This document shows positions 1-10,612 of a DNA stretch of 64,000 nt, one piece after another (position 1 is the stretch's first letter; every line of letters starts with the position of its first letter). This stretch comes from Paramoeba atlantica (taxonomy: Eukaryota; Protista; Discosea). A program made the position numbers and the translations under genes. Under the pieces are notes generated by a model. That model was not told the origin of the DNA and did not search any database. It worked only from the letters and a program-made list of their open reading frames with translations. The stretch is taken from NCBI GenBank assembly GCA_977017575.1, contig CDRNVI010000040.1, positions 558,001-622,000 on the forward strand, given 5' to 3'.

Positions 1-1
1 C

Positions 2-3000
2 CACAGAGTTGAAGTGGAAAATTGTGAACTAGTGATCAACCCTATCACCTGGCACCGTCTCATGAACTTGCCGGGCCGAATACTAAACCGAAAATTGGTC
101 TCCTCACAACTCACTCTTGTGAATCATACTAGAGATATCTTTTCTATTGAGCTAGATAGCGCGGAAAAGCGTTGCGAGTCCTTTACTCTGGAAGCTGCTC
201 AGTTAGTAAACACAACTCTTAGCTCCTCTAGCGATCGAATTTATTTTGCTGTTGAGGGGTCCAAAGATCAGAAACAAGTTATACACGTGCGTCAAAATGG
301 TTATCAGCTGTACTTCCCGTTTCTCTGCTACATCACGTGGAGTTTAGATCAAATTATGATCCGTTTCATGCATATTTATCTTTATTACTTTCCAATAGAC
401 GATGCCAAGAAACGCTATAATTCGCTCCATGAACTTGCAGGGCAGAAACCTGCACTCATCAAATGTGAGAATCGCTCTAGTCATTCACTAGTCCTTAACA
501 AAACGGTTATTCTTGTCCCATCGAATTCTTTTATTACAATACCTCACCAACTAGACAATCAGATTCAACCTTCTCTGCTTCATACGGGAGGTTCCTCAAC
601 TACCGAAAATGCTTTATGCGAGTCAAAAAGTGTGATTTTTTGCAATAATCTAATAAAAAAGAATGGGAGCGCCACCCTTCGCTTTCACAGGGAAAACACG
701 AGTGATGTGTTCCTTCTTGCAAATTGGGAGACCAATCGTCATGAGGAGTGCTTCGTTATTTCCCATCTTATTTTCTATGACCCCATTTACATTGTGAATA
801 GCCTTCCTGTACCATTACGATTGAGCTTGTTGTCACTACAACCGGCTCTTACTTTCATTTCCGAGGAAGGACTTATTGCTTCACATTGCGATGACTCGTG
901 GGAGAACAAGAACACAGTAGAGATTGTCGTGGAAAGTGGAAAAAAATATAGAATTGATGAAATTCATCCTTCTCAGGAATTGAAGTTACATCTAAAAGTT
1001 GAACAAGTCGAACTTTACGAATTACGCACTCAATGTGCGACAACCCAACTCACCTTGCCGTGCACGAGTTCACAAGCATGCCCTCCTGTTTGTCTGAAAT
1101 TAAAGGATGAAGTAAATGCAAATTGCGGTTATAGGGAACTCTTATTTAGCGCTGATTTCGCTATTCTAAATCATACGAATCTTCCTCTCCAAGTAAGGTT
1201 CCGAACGCACGCTTCGTCATCAAAACATGTGTATATTCTTCATGCACTTTCAACTTGTCCGCAAATATCCGGAATGCGGTATCATGATGATTTACAATGT
1301 TGTGCGTCCATTTTAAATTCCAAAGTTTCCTCATCTTGGTTTCACGTGCAGTCTATGGTGGTCCCAAAAGTAGTTGCTCTTTCGAGTGCTCAGAAGAATT
1401 CAGTTCATGTGACGTGCAGTTTGGAAACCGTCTCAAATTCTCAGACTCGTATTTTGCACATCAGTGCCCCACGCGTTGTGCGTAACTACACTGATTCCGA
1501 TATGACTTTCACCTACACGATGAAGGGGGCAGTAACGGAGAAACGCATTAAGTTTTTCTCTAAGGCGAGCACTCCAGTTTACCACAACTTCGGTGAAAAT
1601 TGTAAAATTAAGTGTAGTTGCGCTTCCTTCAGTGAAGGTCGCGCTTTTTCTTTGGAAGATCAGCATCGAATTTCACGGACCTTGTGCAAAACTCCTTTCT
1701 TTACTCGAACAAATGAAATATTTGGAACAGAAGTTATCAACATTTTACCAATTACGCATTGGAAGACGCTTTGGCTAGTAAACTGGACTAATCAGTCTTT
1801 TAAACTTGGCCATATTTTGCAAGAAACTGTTCTTGGACACGCGTTTTGCTCGGAGACTCTTTCTGTCGGAGAGCAAAGGGTTACCCGTATCGAAATATGT
1901 GATAACATTGCATCATTGGTACTTCATTCTTCTTGCTCCTTGGAGATTCCATTGGAGAAGCCTTTTGCACGAGAATGGGGGTCAGTATCTTCTTTCGAAA
2001 GCTGCAATGGTGAAAACAATGCGCATTATGTATCCTATCGACTACTTCAAGAAAATGGGGTCTTCGTACTCTTTCTTCGAGAAAACGAAGAGAACGCGCA
2101 CATTACAGAAGAAAAAAGTTATGTAAAGTGCGAGTACTTGATCAAAAGTGGTTCAGTATCACTAATAGATCCACGACTCCTTCGTGAGCATGCTCTCATT
2201 TATCTAAAAAATATGTTTCATGGTATTTCCTGGTTTAACAGGCGTTCACACGGGATATTACATATAGGTAACATCCTTATCGAAAACCATTTACAAGTAA
2301 AACCTGCTTTTGATCTTATTTTGTGCACATCGAATCAAAGCAAAGCGCCATTTCTTGTTGTCTTCTGGGAAGACGGATCTTGGTTGCAATGGCAAGATAC
2401 TATGACTTTTCGTAAGATTCATATGTGCTTCTCTCCTTTTGCCTTGAGATTAACGGATTATTGGGTCTACGCAATGAGCAGCTATCTGTTACAGCTAATT
2501 CGTGGGGATTCAATTAGCTCTCTATCAACATTATATGAATCGTCGTTTGAAGTGTCCTTTGCTAAGTTGCACAACGTTCTACACTCAGTGGAAAATACAG
2601 AGTGTGATGACTGTTTCTTTTGCTTGCCTAGTCGTTTAGCATGCGAGGAGTTTCGTATCGGGAATGTGAGCGTGTTGTTTTCCTTTCAATATGAAAAGTA
2701 TGATGTAAAAGAAACAGAACGCTTTCCTTTTATGATTAGCATTCCACCTCTGAAAGAGTTGCAACTTCGCATCGAAGGTATTGAACTAAGAGGTCTTTCT
2801 GACTATCACAAACGGCTTGCTCAACGCTTGATTTTCGCATATTCAAATGCGGTTCAAGGTAATCTTGGTGCTGCGGTTTACCATTACATGAAAAACATAC
2901 CCGTCTTTGGCGTACCCTTACAGATTTTTTCTGCTATTTCTGACGCCGCAGCCTCGACAATTCAAGAACCCATTGCAACTCCTTCTCATTTAGTAGAATT

Positions 3001-3700
3001 AACTGGCTCCATCTCAGGTGGTTTACTTCAAAGTGTATCCGACTTAAGCAGGGCACTGGCTGCTGGTCTTGAAATTCCTTCTCCGACGATAAGATCAGGG
3101 GCACACTCTCCCTCTATTTCACGGAACAATGATTCAGTCTTACCCGGAGAACATTTGCTTCGAGGAATGGTGCATGGTGTAAGCGATGCCGTGCGCAAAC
3201 CTTCACTTTCATCTCTCATTGGAGTTGTCACCAAGCCCGTTGGCGGTCTCTTTCAGGAAGTTTCCACCATAACGGGATCCCTTGCGAGTTCACTCCGCAT
3301 GGAACTCAAATCTTCTCGTTACTCAAGACAACGCGGTCAGCGACCTTTCTCATCATCGGGAACCGTTCTACCTTTGTCTACAGCAATAAGCATCATTGAA
3401 AACCAAAGATTTTATCCTTCAATTGGGTGGAGTTCGGAACTCCTTCCTGGGGATCCGCCGAACTGGGCTCTTCCTTCGGGATCATCATCAAGCAGAGAGT
3501 CTTTAGAAAACTTATTTCGGAAGGAAGGACGCATTTTAGGCTCGTGGCTGATCCAGGGTTCTGATAACTGCCGAATGTGGTGGTATGCTAGAGATTTTGC
3601 AGAAGAATCTCATCCCATAAGGACATCGAGAGACCACACGAGGTATAGAATTTGGTATTCACTTGAAGTTGACAAATCAAAAAATTGTGTATCGAGTTGA
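2..3700 (+). CDS. VPS13: VPS13-family lipid transfer protein, C-terminal part (5' truncated by window edge)
   Basis: Frame is open from the window start. A beta-rich VAB/SHR-BD-like region is followed by a VPS13_C/ATG2_C-like amphipathic segment (GLLQSVSDLSRALAAG...GMVHGVSDAVRKP...GVVTKPVGGLF) and a terminal DysF-like motif (IENQRFYPSIGWS...W..W.YARDF). Confidence 0.7.
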   Translation, partial: HRVEVENCELVINPITWHRLMNLPGRILNRKLVSSQLTLVNHTRDIFSIELDSAEKRCESFTLEAAQLVNTTLSSSSDRIYFAVEGSKDQKQVIHVRQNGYQLYFPFLCYITWSLDQIMIRFMHIYLYYFPIDDAKKRYNSLHELAGQKPALIKCENRSSHSLVLNKTVILVPSNSFITIPHQLDNQIQPSLLHTGGSSTTENALCESKSVIFCNNLIKKNGSATLRFHRENTSDVFLLANWETNRHEECFVISHLIFYDPIYIVNSLPVPLRLSLLSLQPALTFISEEGLIASHCDDSWENKNTVEIVVESGKKYRIDEIHPSQELKLHLKVEQVELYELRTQCATTQLTLPCTSSQACPPVCLKLKDEVNANCGYRELLFSADFAILNHTNLPLQVRFRTHASSSKHVYILHALSTCPQISGMRYHDDLQCCASILNSKVSSSWFHVQSMVVPKVVALSSAQKNSVHVTCSLETVSNSQTRILHISAPRVVRNYTDSDMTFTYTMKGAVTEKRIKFFSKASTPVYHNFGENCKIKCSCASFSEGRAFSLEDQHRISRTLCKTPFFTRTNEIFGTEVINILPITHWKTLWLVNWTNQSFKLGHILQETVLGHAFCSETLSVGEQRVTRIEICDNIASLVLHSSCSLEIPLEKPFAREWGSVSSFESCNGENNAHYVSYRLLQENGVFVLFLRENEENAHITEEKSYVKCEYLIKSGSVSLIDPRLLREHALIYLKNMFHGISWFNRRSHGILHIGNILIENHLQVKPAFDLILCTSNQSKAPFLVVFWEDGSWLQWQDTMTFRKIHMCFSPFALRLTDYWVYAMSSYLLQLIRGDSISSLSTLYESSFEVSFAKLHNVLHSVENTECDDCFFCLPSRLACEEFRIGNVSVLFSFQYEKYDVKETERFPFMISIPPLKELQLRIEGIELRGLSDYHKRLAQRLIFAYSNAVQGNLGAAVYHYMKNIPVFGVPLQIFSAISDAAASTIQEPIATPSHLVELTGSISGGLLQSVSDLSRALAAGLEIPSPTIRSGAHSPSISRNNDSVLPGEHLLRGMVHGVSDAVRKPSLSSLIGVVTKPVGGLFQEVSTITGSLASSLRMELKSSRYSRQRGQRPFSSSGTVLPLSTAISIIENQRFYPSIGWSSELLPGDPPNWALPSGSSSSRESLENLFRKEGRILGSWLIQGSDNCRMWWYARDFAEESHPIRTSRDHTRYRIWYSLEVDKSKNCVSS

Positions 3701-3981
3701 ATTATCGTAATAATCTTGCACTTTTGAAAGGGGTACATATCGTTTCCCACGCATGAACTGCATGGCGCAGGTTTTCTCGAATAGAAATATCACCGGGTTC
3801 GGAACGATTATACCGAAAAATGGGGGTAAACAAATTATTTTTAAGTTGAACAAAAATTCAGTATCTGTAAGTGGGAAAACACAACTGTCATTGCCTATTC
3901 ATTTTCACAAGGTTACCCATCATCTTATTAGTTCTTAATTCCCTCTTAAAGTTTTACTTACATGTCGAGAAATTTTTACTG

Positions 3982-4914
3982 ATGTCTGCACAAGGAAGAT
4001 ACGAAAAACTAGATAGACTTGGGGAAGGAACCTATGGAGTGGTATACAAGGCGCGTGATAAAGTAACTGGTGAAGTGGTTGCTTTGAAACGAATGAATAT
4101 CACAGAGCACGAAGATGGAATACCCGCTACAGCAATTCGTGAGGTTTGCATTCTAAAAAATATAAAACATCGCAACGTAATACGACTTTCGAACGTTTTG
4201 TTTCGTCTTCCAAAACTTACTCTTGTTTTCAACTACTGCGAGTACGATTTAAAGAAATATATGGATGCAGTAGCAAGACCTTTATACCCTGACACCGAGA
4301 TAAAGGTGTTCCTTTTTCAAATATTAGAAGGATTGCGTTATCTCCACTCGAAGAGCATTGTGCATCGTGATTTGAAGCCACAGAATATATTAATTGATGG
4401 AGATAAAAAGCTTCAGCTTGCAGACTTTGGATTAGCACGCGTAGAAGGAATCCCTACTAAAAAATATAGTCACGAAGCTGTAACTTTATGGTATCGGCCA
4501 CCTGATGTTATTCTGGGCTCTTCAAACTATGGTTTTCCAGTAGATATGTGGAGTGTCGGATGTATATTTGCGGAAATGATACAAGGAAAGCCTTTTTGTC
4601 CAGGAAAGACGGAATCCGAGCAACTAAAATTAATTATCCGTCATCTAGGGTCTCCTACTGTTCATTCTTGGCCCTCTTTACATAAGTATCCTGGTACAAA
4701 AGATATGATCGACACAATAAAGTCTACACACGCGCGAGAATCAAGCTTGTTTCGAAGCACCGCTTTTCGTTCTGTTGGAATTTACGGCAGTAATCTACTC
4801 CGAGAGATGCTTCGATATGAACCTACGCATAGAATCACAGTTGAAAATGCGCTCTCACACCCTTACTTTAGCAATATACACTCAATATTTACAAAGTCAA
4901 AATCAGGAAAGTAG
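3982..4914 (+). CDS. Cyclin-dependent kinase (cdc2-related, kinetoplastid CRK1/CRK6-like)
   Basis: GEGTYGVVYK, PATAIRE cyclin-binding helix, HRDLKPQN, DFGLAR and VTLWYRPPDV motifs. ATG at 3982 preferred over the GTG at 3871. Confidence 0.93.
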   Translation: MSAQGRYEKLDRLGEGTYGVVYKARDKVTGEVVALKRMNITEHEDGIPATAIREVCILKNIKHRNVIRLSNVLFRLPKLTLVFNYCEYDLKKYMDAVARPLYPDTEIKVFLFQILEGLRYLHSKSIVHRDLKPQNILIDGDKKLQLADFGLARVEGIPTKKYSHEAVTLWYRPPDVILGSSNYGFPVDMWSVGCIFAEMIQGKPFCPGKTESEQLKLIIRHLGSPTVHSWPSLHKYPGTKDMIDTIKSTHARESSLFRSTAFRSVGIYGSNLLREMLRYEPTHRITVENALSHPYFSNIHSIFTKSKSGK

Positions 4915-5325
4915 GCCTCGTACTCTTTGATTTCGTTGATCCGAGACTTTTTTGGTCCCTAATTTGGCCGCTTAAGGATAGCATCCTATGATTCCTGTTT
5001 AATTACCTCAGTTTAGCTGCAGTAGTATGTGTAATAATAAGCTACAGTAGTATGGTCTTGGTATGAGTACTTGACAAGTACTAATAGTCCACAAGTCTTG
5101 TGGACTGTGGGTCAATTAAATGAAATCAACGAAGCATGATCCTACTAGTACTGTATTTTCACACGACTTGTAACTTTTTAAAGAAGTCTACATATTGGTA
5201 TCAATATCTACGTATCAATGTTGGTCTTTTTACATGGAGTGTGATCAAAAAAGTAGCAACTTATAGGCATAATACGCGTACGTGCTAATTAAATAACTTG
5301 ATATTGACTACTGTTCCTACCAACC

Positions 5326-8300
5326 ATGTTGTTTCGCTCTTATTTTCGTTGCTGTACAGTCTACACCCTTTCAAGGCGAATCCTTGAGCACGATTTAACA
5401 AGGCTTTTTTGTGGATCTTTTTCTTCTAATCCTCCCGAAACAGGTGACTTTCCAAAAAAGGAAATAGCCCTATCCCTGTCAAATGGGCCATGTGTCGATT
5501 CTTCTGCGTCAAATGGATCAGTTACAACTTTTGCAGAGGAATTTTCCGAGAAAAATGAAACTTATTGCCGTCTGGTCGCTAACCTCCGTAACCCTATTGT
5601 CCACCCAACTACATTCACACTCCTTCAAAACGCCAATACTAAGAATACTTGTGCCCACACTAAAGATGGAACTGCAAGAAATACTCTTGAATTACACATG
5701 AATCGTTTAAGCTTCGCTTCTCAATTTTTTGTTAAAGATGAGCTTGGAAAATCACACGCTTCTTCAATAGAGAAGAGCAATGAAAATGAACTGCATGAGG
5801 ATTCCAAAGTGCTTTGTTTGGCAGTGATCCGTTTTCCGCCCCTCACAAAATCAGGAAAGCAAAACATTGACGAGCTCCATGCTATTGCTTACACGATAGC
5901 CCTAAGAATCTTTTTTCCCGAGAGGTACGAAACTGCTGTATTGGAACATCCCGAGGTCGCGGATCTCAACATATGGGATCCCTTCTTACATGGTATACAT
6001 CTTTTTAGCAAAGGATATTTCTACACACTACAAAGCCTTGTTCGAATGTTACAGCCTCAGGTTGTAGAAGAAATAATTCCTCCGAGGAATGGCAAAGGAA
6101 AGTTTAGCATTATTATTCCGCCTCATCCAGCGTTCTGCACAGAAAATTCCTGTCCTTTATTTTCAGGCGTAGAACTATATGCCCAAGTCTTAAAACTTGC
6201 TGATACCCAAGCATATGTTGCATGGAAACATTTCTTAAGCGCGGCTCAGGACTTAACTCTATCTCCCTCGCTAAATGCCGTAGCAGTTGTTACTTTAGCT
6301 GCACGAAAATTTTTTAATGCGGAAATATTGATTGTCAGCACGGGTTCGCAACGAGAACAAGTCTGTACGCTTTACTTGGGTACTGATATGACAGGCGTTC
6401 AGATAGAAATTGGTAAGTGCACATCAACTACAAAAAAAGATGCAATCAAGCTTGCATCACTTGGTGCTTTACAAAGCTATTTTCCACTTCTTTATGAACG
6501 AACAAAAAAGCTGAGTTGGTATGTAAACCCTCAGCAGAAGAGCATTACCAAAGATGAAGAGACAAGCCAAGCAACTCCACCCGAGAGGACGCTTTTGCCA
6601 GATCTGGAATTTCTTTTTCGCACTTCAAGCTCAAGAATTGGACTCAGGTGCATTGAACGTACCATTCGACTTTCATTATTAAAATTGCATTGTGTGGAAC
6701 TCTGGAGTGTTATAAACGGCAAGTGCGTTTCGTGCGTTTCACGCTACATCGGAAGAAGCAAAACTATAATGATCTCGGATGGTTGTCTTGCTCTATGTAA
6801 AAAACATTTTCCTGAAGAATACACTAGATTTTTGACAAAAGCAGAGACTTTGAAACAAAGCGCAGCTCTTAAGAAAACTCCAAAAAAAATGATTGGTAAG
6901 GATTTTGATTGGAGTAGTACATCCACACTTAATATTTTTCGAGAAGCAGTATATCGCGCGTCACGTTTGAATGCCAAACCCATCAGTGAGCATGTAGCAT
7001 TTAGTAGAGCTTCAAAAAAATATGAAATCAGACTAGAAACGCCGGATAATCACACACTATATCGTCAAACGAGCTATTTTCATCCCTTGCGTGCATTTTT
7101 GGATGCGTTCAAATATGTTTTGAGTGAAACTGAATTCTGCAAAGAACTAAACGTATTGGGAATACATGCTTTTCACAAAATAAGAGATTACACGAATGCT
7201 CAATTGGATTACACTTTAGAGAGTGCATGTCAGAAGCTCTTAAGGTGTGAATATGGAGTGGCCCTTGACGTTTCTTCACGCAGTAAGGGAGATTCTGTTG
7301 TCGAATGGGAAGCGACGGCATCGATTGCCACCATTCCCGAGTTTGACAGGATGCAAATTAAAATACCTTTAGAGCCTCGAGAAATTACGTACGTAAGTGG
7401 TTACTTAACTAAGCAGGATGCAATACGAGCCGCTTGTACGCAAGTAATAGCAGCATTACTTCCTGAGATTTTTCCAATAGTAGAACCACTTATGGAAGAC
7501 CCCCCCGATATACTACTAACACGACAAGAATGTACCGACGAACATACTCGGAGCATAGAACAAAGCACTTCAGATGAGGGACCCATGCAACAACATTTGC
7601 CAATTGCTCAGAATACAACTCAAATGAGTATTATCCCTCTTCATTCATATTGCTCCTTTGGTTACATGAGGATCGCGGTACGCTTCGCACTGGGATATCT
7701 TCCACGTGAAGAAATAGCATGGGATCCCTCTTGTCAGATGTACACAGTAATACTTCTTGATAGGAAAGGTGAGGTTCTGTCCGAGACGAAATGCATTTCT
7801 AAAATGTACGGTGTCTATCAGGTCTATGACAAACTCCTCAGTGACTCGCGTTCTATGGGCAAATCGCAAGAACTCTACACACGTATACTAGAAGGTCATC
7901 CGTATGATCCCTCGAATCGTTTGCTTCCGGAAGTTTTGCTTGAGTACGGCATGAAGTATCGCTATGGACTTCAGGTGGAATTTGGAACTGCCATAACTAT
8001 AGTCAACCACCAAAATCAGCAATGGACTACATCTTTACAATGCCGCACTTCCCCGGAGCAGGTCTTGTTTCTGTGTTCCGCAACGTGCGCTACTAAATTA
8101 AACAGCATACGCGCTGCAAGTATGCGAGCTATGGAAATTCACATTCCAGAAATTTACGAATTCCATAGTTTACCATTGAACCAGTGGAAAGTGCAACGTA
8201 TACCAGATATAGTGTCTGTTTTTGACACAGAGTATGGAGAAATGGGTCTCCGGGAACGTATGAAGATGTCAACGTCCCAAGAAAATGAAGTAGAAGCTGG

Positions 8301-8706
8301 GCCACATCAGGCATCCAAACGTACAACGCCGGACGTTTCAATGAAAGAAGCTGCTTCGAAATTACTTCCGGACGAAGTGAACAAAACCTCCCTGCAGGAT
8401 CCGTGGGTCGTTGCCTTCAATTGTGTCAAAAACACATTGAAAGCTGAGAAGCAAGCGACAGCACGTATGGAAATTTTGGAGGGCTCCAATCTCAAAGATC
8501 CTGTTGTTGTACGTATCTTGGGTACGCGATTCGATGCTTTAAGCACTGACCAAAATAGTGAAACTGAGTACTGTAGCGTTGCACGCCCTGGAGCTGATTT
8601 TGCTCGTCTACTAGCGTGTCATACATTCTTGCTGCAACAGTTTCCTAAGATCCATGCAGATCTCTTAGCTGCTCATCCTCGAATATTTGATGTGTTGCAG
8701 TTATGA
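5326..8706 (+). CDS. Large hypothetical protein, probably mitochondrial, with repeated degenerate dsRBD-like motifs
   Basis: 1126-aa ORF with an Arg/Ser-rich, acid-poor N-terminus (MLFRSYFRCC..LSRR). The motif K..A...A...AL..xFPE.Y recurs several times. Confidence 0.6.
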   Translation: MLFRSYFRCCTVYTLSRRILEHDLTRLFCGSFSSNPPETGDFPKKEIALSLSNGPCVDSSASNGSVTTFAEEFSEKNETYCRLVANLRNPIVHPTTFTLLQNANTKNTCAHTKDGTARNTLELHMNRLSFASQFFVKDELGKSHASSIEKSNENELHEDSKVLCLAVIRFPPLTKSGKQNIDELHAIAYTIALRIFFPERYETAVLEHPEVADLNIWDPFLHGIHLFSKGYFYTLQSLVRMLQPQVVEEIIPPRNGKGKFSIIIPPHPAFCTENSCPLFSGVELYAQVLKLADTQAYVAWKHFLSAAQDLTLSPSLNAVAVVTLAARKFFNAEILIVSTGSQREQVCTLYLGTDMTGVQIEIGKCTSTTKKDAIKLASLGALQSYFPLLYERTKKLSWYVNPQQKSITKDEETSQATPPERTLLPDLEFLFRTSSSRIGLRCIERTIRLSLLKLHCVELWSVINGKCVSCVSRYIGRSKTIMISDGCLALCKKHFPEEYTRFLTKAETLKQSAALKKTPKKMIGKDFDWSSTSTLNIFREAVYRASRLNAKPISEHVAFSRASKKYEIRLETPDNHTLYRQTSYFHPLRAFLDAFKYVLSETEFCKELNVLGIHAFHKIRDYTNAQLDYTLESACQKLLRCEYGVALDVSSRSKGDSVVEWEATASIATIPEFDRMQIKIPLEPREITYVSGYLTKQDAIRAACTQVIAALLPEIFPIVEPLMEDPPDILLTRQECTDEHTRSIEQSTSDEGPMQQHLPIAQNTTQMSIIPLHSYCSFGYMRIAVRFALGYLPREEIAWDPSCQMYTVILLDRKGEVLSETKCISKMYGVYQVYDKLLSDSRSMGKSQELYTRILEGHPYDPSNRLLPEVLLEYGMKYRYGLQVEFGTAITIVNHQNQQWTTSLQCRTSPEQVLFLCSATCATKLNSIRAASMRAMEIHIPEIYEFHSLPLNQWKVQRIPDIVSVFDTEYGEMGLRERMKMSTSQENEVEAGPHQASKRTTPDVSMKEAASKLLPDEVNKTSLQDPWVVAFNCVKNTLKAEKQATARMEILEGSNLKDPVVVRILGTRFDALSTDQNSETEYCSVARPGADFARLLACHTFLLQQFPKIHADLLAAHPRIFDVLQL

Positions 8707-9767
8707 TGTGCATATCTAGGCATTTCCTATCCTGGTAATACATCTTTATAGGAAGTTTTTACTTGCCATAGAATTGCCCTACTTTAACCTGTTTAAAATG
8801 CAGGTTATCGTTGTATGGAGGCTGTACACTCTCAATCACATTGGCTGGTATCAAAATAAGAAAAACATGAACAAATTATTATTTATTGTAATTGTCATTA
8901 CTTGCTTTGGATTATCATATCTTTAAATGACATCAAATCTCTCGGAATGAAAACGTATGCATAAAAATAGAAAATGGTGATTTTTACTATGAGTACAAGG
9001 CTGCATAGTAGAATATAGTGTTCTCCTTATTTCCAATTTACGCGTTTTCCACTAAGTATGTAAATAAAATCTGATTGAATTATGACACACATTATAGCAT
9101 TTCTATTCCGTGCAGCCGATAACGTTAGTACAATACGATACACAGACTACCGAGTATGGTTCGGGGAGTTAATGTACCGCTGTAATATGAGCTGAAACGA
9201 AGTTTTAGGAAGGATGCTCCACGAGCGCACTTCTTGTGCGGAGGATGGTCCAAGGAGCTAAAGAAGACGGATTGCAGTCATCTATCCCGAGTCTCTCGAG
9301 GTGGGTGTGGTGCTCGAAATGGTTCGGACGAGCACTCATCCATAAAGCACGTGTTTGCTTAGTGTCTGCCTCAGGCAACCGAGCCGTATAAGGACCCGTT
9401 TTTCTTTTTCTGGATGTCTGAAGGACAAGGCCCAGGGAGTGTACTACGCACAGCAAAGCAGGCCGCATGACGGAAGCTATGTCCTCGAAGTGGATTGTGC
9501 TAAGAAAATCGTCCCTAGAGATGGTATTTACAAACGTGGACTTCGTCGAAGTGATCACTCCTCCTCCAATCCAATCCAATAGACCGACGTAAGTCGGTTA
9601 GAATACTTAACATTGTTCCCTTAAACTTATACTACCTCCAAATTCAGAGTTAATATAAGTTTATGTGCACTACTCCTGAAAACACACATTACGTTTCACT
9701 AATTTGATACATATTTCTCAGGGTACCCTAAACCTACTGGGGGAAAACACTTCCGTCCTGTCAACCC

Positions 9768-10316
9768 CTACTCGGAAGGCTTCCTCTTTCCACCAATTTT
9801 CGCTACTTTCCCCCGGAGTTTCTCTTTTGCCTCAGCTCCGCGCTTGGCTGCTGGCAAAGGTTTCGCCTTTCCCTTTTCTAAGGCTCTATTTTTCATCAGT
9901 TTTTCTAAGGTTTTATCTGCTGGAGATTCCTCGGAGTCTTCAGTTGTTTTCCTCCTTTTCTGCACTGGAGGTCGAGAAAATTTTCGTGCTGTCATGAGTG
10001 CCAATCCGTCCGCCTCCTCATTCCATTTATTTCCACAATGACTTTTGACTTTGCACATACAAACCGAGAAGGAATCATGTTTTAGTTCGCGTAGTTTATT
10101 GTCCAGTTCGTAAAACAAATCTCCATTTGTGACCCCCTTATATCCAACAATACGCCTCTGCTGACGAAGATTATGAAAAAAGTCCCAAAGATAGTAGGAA
10201 TCTGTATCACTCCTCCTAGGAGAGCCCCACCACAACCCGAGATGGGACGATAGATAATGGTGTTTGCCTCCGTGACAACCTCCGTGGCATGGGTGCGAAC
10301 TATGCATTTCTATCAA
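9768..10316 (-). pseudogene. RNase H1-like fragment, internally deleted, antisense to the gene cluster
   Basis: HGGCHG...LGLWWG (degenerate first catalytic motif), TDSYY, NGDLFYELD and VKSHCGNKWNEEADGLA. The segment with the catalytic Glu (N.RAEL) is missing between WWG and TDS. Confidence 0.7.
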
Positions 10317-10420
10317 GGGCTCCTACGCATGACAAAAAAGGGAAGCGCGCACTGTCGCACGAGTGAACACCCCCAAAAAGAGAATATAATATGCATGATC
10401 TTTTGTCAATTTTTCTTTTT

Positions 10421-10520
10421 TAGTCGTTTCGTTAAACACGGAGGTAGTTTTCAACGCCAAGCGCGCAGCTGTGGTGCCTTCTAAGTTGAAAACAACCACC
10501 TCGTTTAACGTAGCGATGGA
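10421..10520 (-). repeat. Diverged solo copy of the 99-bp palindromic repeat
   Basis: cgttaaacacggaggtagttttcaac-loop-gttgaaaacaaccacctcgtttaacg; same arms and loop as the copies at 39422, 49969, 58705, 61024 and 62346. Confidence 0.8.
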
Positions 10521-10612
10521 AATTAATAAATATTATTGCAAAAATTATTGTTGCAGCTATGCGCACCATTCACGTCCTGGAAAAAGGTCCTGCAGAGTAC
10601 ATAATTTGTATA

